Shown: in pieces, positions 1 to 10,524 of the stretch
Layout of the letters: each line of letters opens with the position of its first letter
Numbering within the stretch: position 1 is the first letter of the stretch
Source: Amphiscolops sp. MND2022
Taxonomy: Eukaryota
Length of the DNA stretch: 64,000 bases
Direction of reading: 5' to 3'
Assembly (NCBI GenBank): GCA_964187785.1
Contig: OZ076409.1
Coordinates: forward strand, 35,838,001-35,902,000
Notes under the pieces: generated by a model
What the model was told of the DNA's origin: nothing
Database searches by the model: none
Seen by the model: the letters and a program-made list of their open reading frames with translations, nothing else
Program-made: the position numbers and the translations under genes

Positions 1-2480
1 TGTTGCTGTTGGATTTTAGTACACAGTGATGTGGTAAAAAATAACAATTTTTGTCTCTAACTCTTATTCAGCCACTTTTTCTAAATGAACTAAGTCGATG
101 ACTTTTCTCACGAACTTACTCTACTCTTCGTGCAGCTTTTTATTACTCAAAAGTTTTTTCTCTACGTTTAGGAAACGTTTCATTGCGAGAGCTTTACCAC
201 GGTCTAAGTTTTCTATGTTTTTATTAAAAGGCAATTTAGCAACGAATCGGTCATCATCTCTACGCCTTGTGGTTTGATCGAATTGAATTTCACATTTCTT
301 TTTCTTCATTTGAGAGATGTTTTTTATCGTGAACGCTTTTTAATTCCCAAAATGCTTAAAGGTGCAATCAGTGACGTATTGGCTAAAATTGGAAAAGTGT
401 TTTCCGATTCTGGTTTTTGGACAGGTCCAGTAACAATCCATCCTAAGAGACATTCACGTATGACGACACCATTGTCCTTGATTCGATTATCTAACATAAC
501 TTCTTCAAGCACATCAGCGCCATGAAGAATGTGTATTTTACCAGGCACCTTGAACGTGGCGTCTGCTAACTGCAGATGGTTGACATGACGAAGTTGTGAA
601 ACATGAATTGGTTTTGTAGCTACTTCGTTGGTAATTCTTGGATTTACATGAAGATTGATCCCAACAACATCGTTGAGTTTCATTGCAATCAAGCCCTGGG
701 CTTTTTGCGTCTCTGCTTTGCCGACAGCAGCAATTGGTGTTTGTACTTTTTCAATAGGAAGCACAAGGGTTTCGCTCAAGCCTCTGTTATAACACTACCT
801 TGCGAGCCAGCATCTAGAAGTGCGCGCAATGAAAATTAATTGCCAGCCTTATTACGAAGCAGAACGTAGGCTGTTGACAACTTGACAACAAAACATCGTT
901 GACAGGCAAAAAAAGGAGGGAGAAGAATGCTGTTGGCATTCTGTTGATGCGCTGCACTGAATATTAACAACGCTCGCGTGGTTTTCCTTTTCTGTTTCAG
1001 TGCTAGCTGCATTCGACGGAAACGTTCTTTTAGTCAATGAGTTTGCTTGAAAACTCTTGTCGTGATGCAATAGATTGTGGTCCTTCATTTTTCCCTCTCT
1101 GCTGGTATACTTAGAGGTACAGGCACCTACTCCAAAACGAGATTGAAAACAATTGAAACATAATTGTTTTGATCTAATGAGTATTCCTCTATCAGAAACT
1201 GGCAGCTTTTTAAAATGCGGGCACGCATGAGTTTTTTGATGCTCAGAACAAGATTCGTTACAGACATTTACTGTTGAGTAAGATTGGATTCTACGGTCTT
1301 ACTTTGAATTGTTAGTGTTGCTCATTTGGGCTTGGGAATATTCCTTAACATTACTAAGTTCGAGAGCTCGACTTCTTGAATGTAAGAACTTCACGCGATC
1401 TTGTCACTGTAGAAGATCCGTGCCTGGATGGGCCAATTGCCATTGTTTTTTGATTCATTATGTAACGTTTCCGTAATCAAGAAATCAACAATGAGTTCCA
1501 CGCATAGTTCTTCTAAAGCTCTCAAGTGTTAATTTGTTGTCTCTAGAATTTTTCGCGACTCTAGACCAGATTCACATTTCTTGCTAGGTTGAGACCACAT
1601 CACGTTCAAATACGCCTGCACAAAGCAACGCTTGTTTTTGTATCTATCTCGAAGGAGAGTCAAGGCAATTTTTTAATTTTGCATCCGTAATCATAAGCAA
1701 GCTTATCAGTTTTACGTGAAAAGGGCTTATCAGGCTCATGAATAGTTCAACTTTTCTGACTGTGTTAATTGCTTTTTTGAATCTACGGATGCTCTAAAAA
1801 GATTCATAAATGAAGTCCAATCAGTGTACGAGCCTGTAAATTTTGGCAGTTGTAACTTGCAGTTTCATTTTTACACCGTCTCCCTTGAGACAGGCTTGGG
1901 AAAAGTTCAACTTTTCTGACTGGATTAATTGCATATTTGAATCTACGGATGCTCTAAAAAATCTAATAATGATGTCAATTCAGTGTACGAGCCTGTACAC
2001 CTTGCCAGTTGTAACTTTGGCAGTTTCATTTTACTGGTGGTGGTTACCGAAGTGACGTCAGAAGTCGAAGTTCTACGTGACGATGCCTTTTGTTCGTATG
2101 TATTGATCAGTGACTCCAAACAAGCAAGTGCAATACTGGCCGTTTCATCAGAAATAGCACTTGAATCATTTTCAGAACTCAACTCGTCCTCATCATCTAT
2201 CAAAAGCCCGAGTTCGGCATCATACCGAAGTACTAAGTTCCATCGATTTTTAAAATTGGCTAAAAAAGGTTTCTGCTTTATAAAGTTGTTCCTCATTCAC
2301 TATCGATGGCGACAACATAAGATCGATTTTGGGCTCCTATTTAATGGAAGCACCTTTATGCCCGCCACGAATGCGAATCAATTTCTTAACATCAGCTTCG
2401 GGTTCGATGTTAGAACTACTTGTTTCATTTTCTGCCATTGTTATCAACTTTTATTTGACTTTTTTCCAAAATAAAAACAA
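1..2480 (-). mobile_element. Decayed BEL/Pao LTR retrotransposon, gag-protease to start of RT (runs off the left edge)
   Basis: Minus-strand motifs in BEL order: DUF1759-type gag start KLPKLQL..TGSYT (1943-2296), Cys/His knuckle LCFNC...KDHNLLH (~1060-1230), protease LRALLDAGSQGSVITE (~780-830), LADATFKVPGKIHILHGADV and GWIVTG (324-779), RFVAKLPF...AMKRFLNVEKKL (121-309), LPHHCVL (~15-40). Many stops and frameshifts. Confidence 0.88.
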
Positions 2481-4029
2481 TTTCTGCCAATGGGAATCGT
2501 GTTTTTTCGTAAAAAATAGTACCGATGAGTAGGTAGGAGAAAACGCGGTCTTTCAGTTCTAACTTGACGACAATCGACTGAATTACCACTCAAGGGCGAG
2601 AAAACACCCAAGGAGTCACAATGTGCAACCTCTCAAGCTTTTCATGGCTGCACAACAAAACTAACGCTATTTTTTGCGAGCTGTTTCCGTCGCATTTGTG
2701 ACAGATTCTTCTTGGATTTTGATCGATTTCTTTTCAGGAGCTTTCGAAGATTGGTTTGATGATGCAGAATGATTTGCAGGATATGGAGTTCAATGTGTTA
2801 CAATGGATGCAAATTTCCACAATTCTTGACTGATTTCTGCTGATTTTTTCTTTCGATTGGATGGCAAATGTTGTTTAGGGCTGATTGTGATGTCCGAGCT
2901 TGATCTAGTTTTTTGTGGATATTCAGGGTTCCAATTCTTTGATTGTAAATAACAGCACTGATTTAAAAGGCTCCAAAATTTTGACAAAGTTCCGATTGCC
3001 GTTATTCCTATACCAGGATAGAGAATTGTTCACGAGATCGTGCCAATTAACGATGTTTTTGCCACCTTTCTAACCTTTTTTGAGTAAACTTTGAAGTTGC
3101 TTGTTTGGGTTTTTGGCTGTTCGGTGAAAACTCAACCCGGACTGCAAAGACTTTACCTTGAATGTTTTTGCGGGTTGAAGTTGGGGCTTTGTCGATGGCT
3201 CTTCTCAAGCAGATTGCTGCAATGATATAGACCATCCAAAAATGAAAAATGTGGCAGACGCAAACGTCCAAACTACCACAATTTTAGGTCCTTGGACTGT
3301 AAAATGTGGCAAACGCAAACGTTCAAACTACTACAAGTGTTTGACAGAAAGTGCGTGTCGGCGGACAAAAAATTGTTCTCGCAGAAACTCTTTGACCCAT
3401 GGTCAACAATTTTTTGAAACAAACTGGCGGGCCATTCTAACATTCCAGAGAGTGAGAGAAGATTTCCGAGTCTTGTGAAAAGGGTGAGCTTGTTTTCCCC
3501 TTCAGTTGATGACGGTCAGCGTTTACCCTTCAGTGGGCGTCCCATGATAGCGTTGAATTCTGACACGTCGAATTTCTCTTTCAGTGGACCTTGTTTGGTA
3601 ATACCAGTCAAAGCAGCGACTGTTCCAACACGTGTTTTCTAGCCGTGTTATGTAATCTGTGATACTTCAGTAAACGAAGCATGGGCATTCTATGAAAAGT
3701 TGGTCGCAAGATGTCAATGGTGCTCCGAAATGTTTTCTCAAATAACCCACTTCAAGTAACTCAGCTCCAAGTAGGAATGATTCTTTTTTAGAAACACTCA
3801 GATCCTTCCAGACTAAACACGAAAATTCTACGAAAGAAAGAGTTATTTCAAAAACTTCCACAGAAGAAATTGGGTTCGTTTTCGGTAAGGTTAATTTTCA
3901 TAAAGATCAAGAAACTGTAGACGGGGCAAATTTGGGCACATAAGTGACGTACTGCAAATTTATTGGCTAATCGTAAAGAATTTCCCTTAAACTTACATTT
4001 TTTGGATATTTTGGATTTTTGAAAATTTT

Positions 4030-4270
4030 CCAAAATAATATCAGGCCAAAACAGTCAGTGAAAGCAAAAAACGTTTTGAGCACTGGTGGATTCTTTTGGG
4101 GGATCTCCAATAGTATCGTAAGAGTTGGTGCGCTGAATTTTGCTCGAGAAATCAGAGGATTCCTTATTATGCTGCCGCACTCGCATGTCCCGAACAAAGC
4201 ATAAGCTGCCAGATGATGTCGCACGCTCGAATTTTGACGTCACACCTGCTTTTGATATGCCACTCCCATT
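4030..4270. repeat. Dispersed ~240-bp repeat, copy 1
   Basis: Aligns directly with 10050-10290 (atcaggccaaaacagtcagtgaaagcaaaaaacg...gcatgtcccgaacaaagcataa...cacctgctt). Confidence 0.85.
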
Positions 4271-4301
4271 ATTAAGTACCATTTCTACAATCAAACGAAA
4301 A

Positions 4302-5034
4302 TGTAAAGATTACAAATCACTTGGCTTAGTCATTTGGTATAATTTTTTCCTTGAGTCATTTGGTTTAATAACTTTGAGCTAATTGACCACAAAATTAATC
4401 CAAGACCATTCTAATTCGAGCAATAGCTAAAAACAGTATATTAAAAATGAATTGAAGTTTTAGCCAAATGTTGACGGAAGGTTTGAATTGAAATGAAGAG
4501 GTCAGCATATTTGTTGTATGGCTCGTTCGCTTCGCTACCATCACCAAGTAGCAACATTGAGGCATGGCCATATGGACGTCGCTCCGCTTCGTCCTGCTGC
4601 AGGGTTCTAGGAACTTGTTAAAATAGCTGACCTTGCTACATCAAAAATCTTGACGAAACGTGTCATGCGTTTTCAACATGGTGATTTTCAACCAAATGGG
4701 ATTGCGCCAAGAGACCATACACCAAGACGTTTGGCTGAAAAAAAATTAGGACAAGTGACCGTCATGGATCCCCTGAATTTGACCAAAGAATTTCGATATA
4801 AATGACTTCAAAACAAGTAAACATTCACAAATGTAAACACATCAATTCTCAAACTCTCAACACTGTTTCAACTCTTTTCGACTGGAAATCGGTTATCTGA
4901 TTAATTTGAAGTTTTTGGCCGATTCATTTAGAGTTAACACTGAACTTGACTGTTCCTCCGACTCCCTTTTCAGTTTTGGTTGATGCCTCAAACGATGTCA
5001 ACCAAAATTTTCAGAACATTTCTACTGCTGACTT
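4302..5034. repeat. Isolated copy of the ~730-bp flank segment of the 1.5-kb tandem unit
   Basis: Starts tgtaaagattacaaatcacttggcttagtcatttgg as at ~36472, 37987, 39501, 41490 and 42986, and ends at the same gactt|tgttagggcctgaa LTR junction. Confidence 0.9.
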
Positions 5035-5261
5035 TGTTAGGGCCTGAAGTCCTGATCGTGGCTGCGTTGTCAGAATATTGAGGATTGAATATTGTCAATA
5101 CAATAGTTTGAGATGTGTGTTGAGAACATGATTCAGTCAAATGAAGATAAAACAACAGGTACATGTTTACAAACAACAATAACAAACTAAAATAGTTCAG
5201 CCTGGTATATTCTGAGTTGGTTGACCTTCAATGGTCCTTTGACCTTCATCGGTCTCTAATA
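5035..5261 (-). repeat. Copia 3' LTR, copy 1
   Basis: TGTTAG...CTAATA ends; homologous to 43646-43872 and 48047-48259. Confidence 0.9.
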
Positions 5262-7513
5262 CCACCGCTCGATGAAAATCTCGGAGAGTTTCTGGTGGTT
5301 GATGATTGCAAACCGCTGTTATTGACCATCTGTCGTGTCAAGGCAGCGGTTGAGTGGCCTCTATCCATCAGTTGAAGAAAAGCTGAAAGTCGTGATAGTC
5401 ATAGTTCTAACATAAACATACTAATGGGTAAAGTGAAATAATTCAGTTGTGAAAGACACAAGGGTTAAGTTGATGATTAAGGTGGCTGAATGCAAAGAGT
5501 TGCGACGAGACATCATTGAAGGCAGGCTTAGGTGAAGCCAAGTTATTCTTTGTGGTGAGAGACATAAGGCAGTTGAATGCGTTTGTCCTCAACCAGTTGA
5601 TGGAAGGTGTGATGTCGGGTTTCTATGTGTTTAGCACGTTTGTGGGCGACAGAGTTGCTGGCCGGGGCGAGTGCTCCTTGATTGTCACCACACAACAAAA
5701 TAGGAGAGTCCACCGTCATCAAGCTGAAGAATATTAGCAAGCCTTGCAAACAGACTGCTTCCTGTGCAGCCAAAGCCAACGAAACATTCTCGGTTTCACA
5801 AGAGCTAAATGCCACACACCTTTGCGTTTTGAACGCCCAAGAGACAACACTACCAAAACGACATAGAGAGAACATGAAGTTGACTTGCGATCTTCCTTGT
5901 CGGTAGCCCAATCTGAATCCCAAAAACCAAAAAGTTCGAGGTTTTCGGAGCGATTATACACAAGGTGTTTCAATGCACACCAAAGGGCATTACCAGGAAT
6001 TGACAGGGATTGCGCTAAGTTGTAGACAGCAAAGCAATAGTCGAGGTGACTAACAACGGACAAATACATTAAGTTTCCAACTAAGCTACGATTTTGTTTC
6101 TGTTCGCAAAACTCAAGTGAATTTTCACTACCTTCCAAAGGGCAGTCCGATTTAGACTGTTTCGTATGGGGTACAGACTGGCGTACAGACTGGTTTACAA
6201 TCAGACATCTGGCTTTTGCGCAAAAAAACTTTTGTATATGATCGCTGACTCAGGCAAATGACTTACGAATTCGTTCTTCAAAAACCACTGAGCTAGGTTT
6301 TGTTCCAATCCTCCCCTGCTTGTTTTAAACTTTAAAGGCATTTTTGAAGCTGGCAAAAAAGTGTTTCACTATTAGCCCCCGCTTGCGCAAAGCTTTCTGG
6401 TTGTTGTATGTAAAGTTCAACTCTTAAGTTCGCATTGAGGAAGGCTGAACGGACATCTAATTGAAGAACAAAAGTCGACCACGAAGCAGCGAACGCAAAA
6501 CAAGACCTCAAGGAATAAAGTTTGGCAGTAGGCGCACTAGTTTCATCCCACTTGCTCCCACAAACTCGCAAAACCCTTTGGGAAACGAACCGAGCCTTGA
6601 ATTTCTCAATTGATCTGTCGTCGTGTCGCTTAGTTTTGAAAACTCACCGGCTTCCAATTGCCTTTCGACCCTGCGAAAGCAAAGAAAGCATCCAGTTTTT
6701 GTTTTCAATGGGCGAATTGTACTCCTTTTGAGTAGCTTCGATGCATTCGCTTTTAAGCTATGACTTCATTGCTTCACAATAAGGTAGATTCTCATCACTG
6801 TCATTCGTTAACAGAACGTAGTCGTCAAGATACACAGGAGGTTTGATAACCCTCCCAATTCGAGACCGCGAAACCACTACTTTCAATAGCCTCAATGATT
6901 TCAGATGAAACACCATCAACGGGGGAAGAAGTTGTTTCAGTTTTGATATCATTCAATGTTTCAGTCGGTAAAACAGGAACTGGAGACTTTTCGCAAAATT
7001 GTTTCTGTGTTTCAGGAAAGACTTTTTTTGGTGCCGGCTTTTCGATAACAAATGCTCGAATGTTTTGACTTGGGTGCGCAGCAAAAGAGTCACAAGAAGT
7101 CTCATCAAAGGAGACGTTGCGAGAAAACGAAGTCTTGTTAGAGTAAGGACTGTACAAAATGTGTGCTTCGGAATACTCACAATAATCAACAAAAAGCTCT
7201 TTGGTTTATCGAAAAGTTTGTCTCGATGCGTTTCAATGTCTTTGAAAGCAGTACACCCAAAACGTTCAAATTGGAAAGATCTGGTTTTTCACCAAAGACC
7301 ATTTCGAAGGGCGTTTTACATTTTGGTAAAATTACTGTGAGGCAACGATTTGAAATGTAAAAAGCATTGAGTAAGACCCGAACCCATTGCTGAATTTGAC
7401 TGTTTTTAGCATGCAGCGAGCCATTTCGACTGTTGCTTGCCAGTGACGTTCACTCACATCATTTGATAAGGCGAATAAGGGGCTGTATGCTCACCAATGA
7501 TACTGTTTGATAT

Positions 7514-8122
7514 AACAAGACGGGAACGTCTAAAGTCGGCGCTATATCTAAGGCTCAAGAAGCGCAAAGTTTTCTAAATATGCTCAGGACGTATTCATGA
7601 AAAGCTTTGAAAACACTTTTGAGACACCCAAAGTGTGCCTTTCATGCTCGATATAATTGGAAAATCACTGTTTCCCGACTGGGAACAAAAGTTGAAAACT
7701 TTTTTGAAAATTTTTTTTTTGAAAAAAACAAAGAAAATGTCGCTTAGTGCCGAAAAAAAGGGGGACACTTTGGGATTCATTAACGTACATTCTATTGCAA
7801 AATATCAAAAAACTCGAAGGGGGACTCTTTTGAGACCTTAAAAAATTTTCGAAAACAATTTCGCACAGTGCCGAAAAAAAATGAAAGGGGGGACCCTTTG
7901 GTCTCTTCCGGTTGTGTAGGTTACGTAAAAAAGGTAAAAAATGAAAGGGGTGACCCTTTGCACTAAGTTTCCATTAGCCGGACTTGTCCTGAGTAGTCGT
8001 ATCAGTTTCTGTAAAAAGTGGTACATACGCGATGAGCTCTGTGGTCTGACGGAAAAAAGAAAAAAAACTGGCCAATGTAATAGTCGGGCTTTTTTCCTTA
8101 AAGCAAAAGGCGCCGACTAAAA
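7514..8122 (-). mobile_element. Non-autonomous Helentron-type (HINE/DINE-1-like) element inserted in the Copia integrase
   Basis: Absent from the paralogous Copia (empty site ~46330). Subterminal inverted repeats AGTCGGCGC (7534-7542) and GCGCCGACT (8110-8118), terminal hairpin TAGTCGG..CCGACTA (8081-8119), stem-loop AGACG-GGAA-CGTCT (7518-7531). Sits in an A/T run with no TSD; internal ggggaccctttg subrepeats. Confidence 0.8.
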
Positions 8123-9229
8123 GCACTTCGAAAAGACTTGGATATGTACTCTTTCCCATTATCAGAACGGATTGCGTTCCCACTTGCGCACAAACAACTT
8201 CGAGTTTATCTAGTCACTCGTTTTTCGATTTGAAGAAAAATACCGCTGCGTACCCGCTGTAGAAGTCCGCAAAGGAAATAGCGAAATGATTGCCACCAAG
8301 CGAAGTATTCAGCATCGGTCCCAAGCTGTCAGTGAGAACGGAATCAAGTTTCGAAGGTTTTTTTCTCCATTTTTCGCGATACTGGTTGCCGTCGTGATTT
8401 AGAAATTTTGCAATTTTCACAACAACAAATTTATCAAAAGCACTGTTTTTCAAACTCATTCCAGAAACATGAAGAGCCAAACATTTCACATTTTTGAAAT
8501 CGTTGCGACCAAGGCATTGATGCCACAGCATCGCTTCTTCGTTCTCACCGGAAAAAGAACAAAAATCAAATGTCTTTCCTTTCAAAACGTAAAGATCATC
8601 GTGCTCTTCAACAGGAATAGTTGCATTTCCATCAAGATTGACAAAAAAAGCTCAGAGATTGTCCGAAGTCCACCTTAGCCCCGCTTTGTGTCAACTTGCT
8701 AACGCTGATCATGTTATGAGAATGATCAGGAAGAAGACGTCACATTCGCATTTTTACTTTGCGTTTTTGTTTCTTCGCTAAAGTTGAAGAACAGAGAACG
8801 GTCAAAAAACATATGCGAGGAGGCACAAGAGTCGATGTATAAAGGGTGCTCCTTCATCTTGCATTTTTAGTTAGTGAGTGCAGTCTCACTACCATCGCAA
8901 CCAAAGTAAGTCCTCAACTAGGTTTGACTCTCCTGTCTAACCACTTGACCTAGGGTCCAAAAGAGGGTTTTTCTTGAACCATTCAGTCTTTTCATGGCCA
9001 GAAGGCCTGAAAAAAATACACTGGGAAACTCTACAAGTGGCTTGTTGAAGTGCACTTTTACCGCAACGGGTACACTTCCCAATAGAGTTTGCGCAAAGTT
9101 TGCGCGAGGAAGCTTTTCAGGATTGCGCGAGGAACTTGCCGCAGCAGTTCTTTGGAAAACAAAGCAACATTTTCATTGCTAGCTGTCGCAGTTTGTAGGT
9201 TACGAGAACTTTCAAAATTTTCAATTTTT

Positions 9230-9480
9230 CAAAAAGTGAATTCTAGTTAAAGTTTGACTGTTTTACACTTGACACAATTTTTTGACTGGATTACACTCTT
9301 TACGAATTACACTTAATGACTGAAATTCGTGAATCTGCATTACTCTGCTTGACTGAAATACGCAATAAAACAGCTAATACACATTACACTCCTTGACTAA
9401 ATTACGGTTCGAGACTATTTTACACTGAAAACATATTACACTTGATGATAAAAATTCACTTTTGCGGCTCATGTATCGTA
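9230..9480. repeat. Foldback-like repeat fragment (ttacact/ttgact subrepeats)
   Basis: Aligns with 48940-49205 (aaaagtgaattctagt.aaagtttgact...cacttttgcggc). Confidence 0.7.
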
Positions 9481-10049
9481 TGCAGTTTTGAAATAGTCAT
9501 ACTCGGGTGGTGCGGGTACTCAATTGTTGCCACAATAAATGTCGGTTTTTTTAACGGACTTCGAAAATGATCGAGCAATTTTTCAGTATGGCAGGTTACA
9601 ATTCAAGCCATTATCCGATTATCAACAACGATTCTCCCAAGAGCATCTCGAAGAAGTCATTTTTGAAAGCCAACGCTCAGTTCTGGAGTATTCATAGTGT
9701 TGTTGATGCCTTGAATAAGTGATCCTAATCTCTGCCTGAGACATTCCCAATTAATTGCTCTACTTGATTACATTGATTGTTTTGGTCTCCAATTATCAAT
9801 TATTAATTGGTTAATTTTTTCAGACCAATTAATTGCAATGAAAAATTGCCCATCAATGTTGAAGAACAATCATTAGGGTGGAGGCATATGCATAATCTGA
9901 TTGGTTGAGTTGAAAATCCAGTTCGAGATTACAGGTTGAATGTTGTAAATATCAAAGTGGGGATGAAGAAGTAGCCAGCGCAAACACCCAAAAGCAGAGT
10001 TTTGTTTGAATGACATTATTTGAAACAACCTGCATTTGAAATTTTACAA

Positions 10050-10290
10050 AAAAAATTATCAGGCCAAAACAGTCAGTGAAAGCAAAAAACGTGTTATGCA
10101 CTAGTGGATTCTTGTGCGGGATATGCAATAGTATTGGAAGAGTTGGTGCTCTGAATTTTGCTTGAGAAAACCGAGGAGTCCTCATTATGTTGCCGCAGTC
10201 GCATGTCCCGAACAAAGCATAACCTACCAGATGATGTCGCACGCTCAACTTTTGACGCCACACCTGCTTAAGAGATGCCACCCTAGTTGA
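10050..10290. repeat. Dispersed ~240-bp repeat, copy 2
   Basis: Direct homology to 4030-4270. Confidence 0.85.
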
Positions 10291-10524
10291 GAATGCCGTG
10301 AAATTTTGTAAGCACATGAATAAAGTGCAGACTAATTTTTGATAAAACATAGAAAAATTAGGGACCCTGCTTAGAAAAGTTTGTAAAACTTCCCTGCATC
10401 TTGGAAAATCTTGAAAAAACCGCAACCTAATATAACAACTGAGAAAAAAACTGAATTGCATTCAAAATAAAAAAAAGTGAAACTCTACAAATTTATAGAA
10501 GTCTAATCAAATGTATGCAAAAAC

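Larger units (their letters stand above)
5035..9508 (-). mobile_element. Dead Ty1/Copia retrotransposon, copy 1 (3' LTR plus pol; 5' end lost or rearranged)
   Basis: RNase H DSDWATDKEDRKSTS, SWAFKTQRCVAFSSCETE, GDNQGALA..HKRAKHIETRHH; RT LQLDVRSAFLNA; integrase TDSLGPM..ISFADFYS; LWHQCLG; protease IDSCASSHM (~8810-8840); gag remnant PEYDYFKT (~9483-9508). Collinear with 43646-47470. Confidence 0.93.

Noticed and set aside
2790..3478. Short K/S-rich ORFs upstream of BEL gag as genes
   Set aside because: No recognisable motif; may be BEL leader sequence, but no LTR or PBS could be located.
9745..9858. hAT-like terminus gcccatcaatg with aattaattg subrepeats
   Set aside because: Only one putative end, with no partner TIR or 8-bp TSD.
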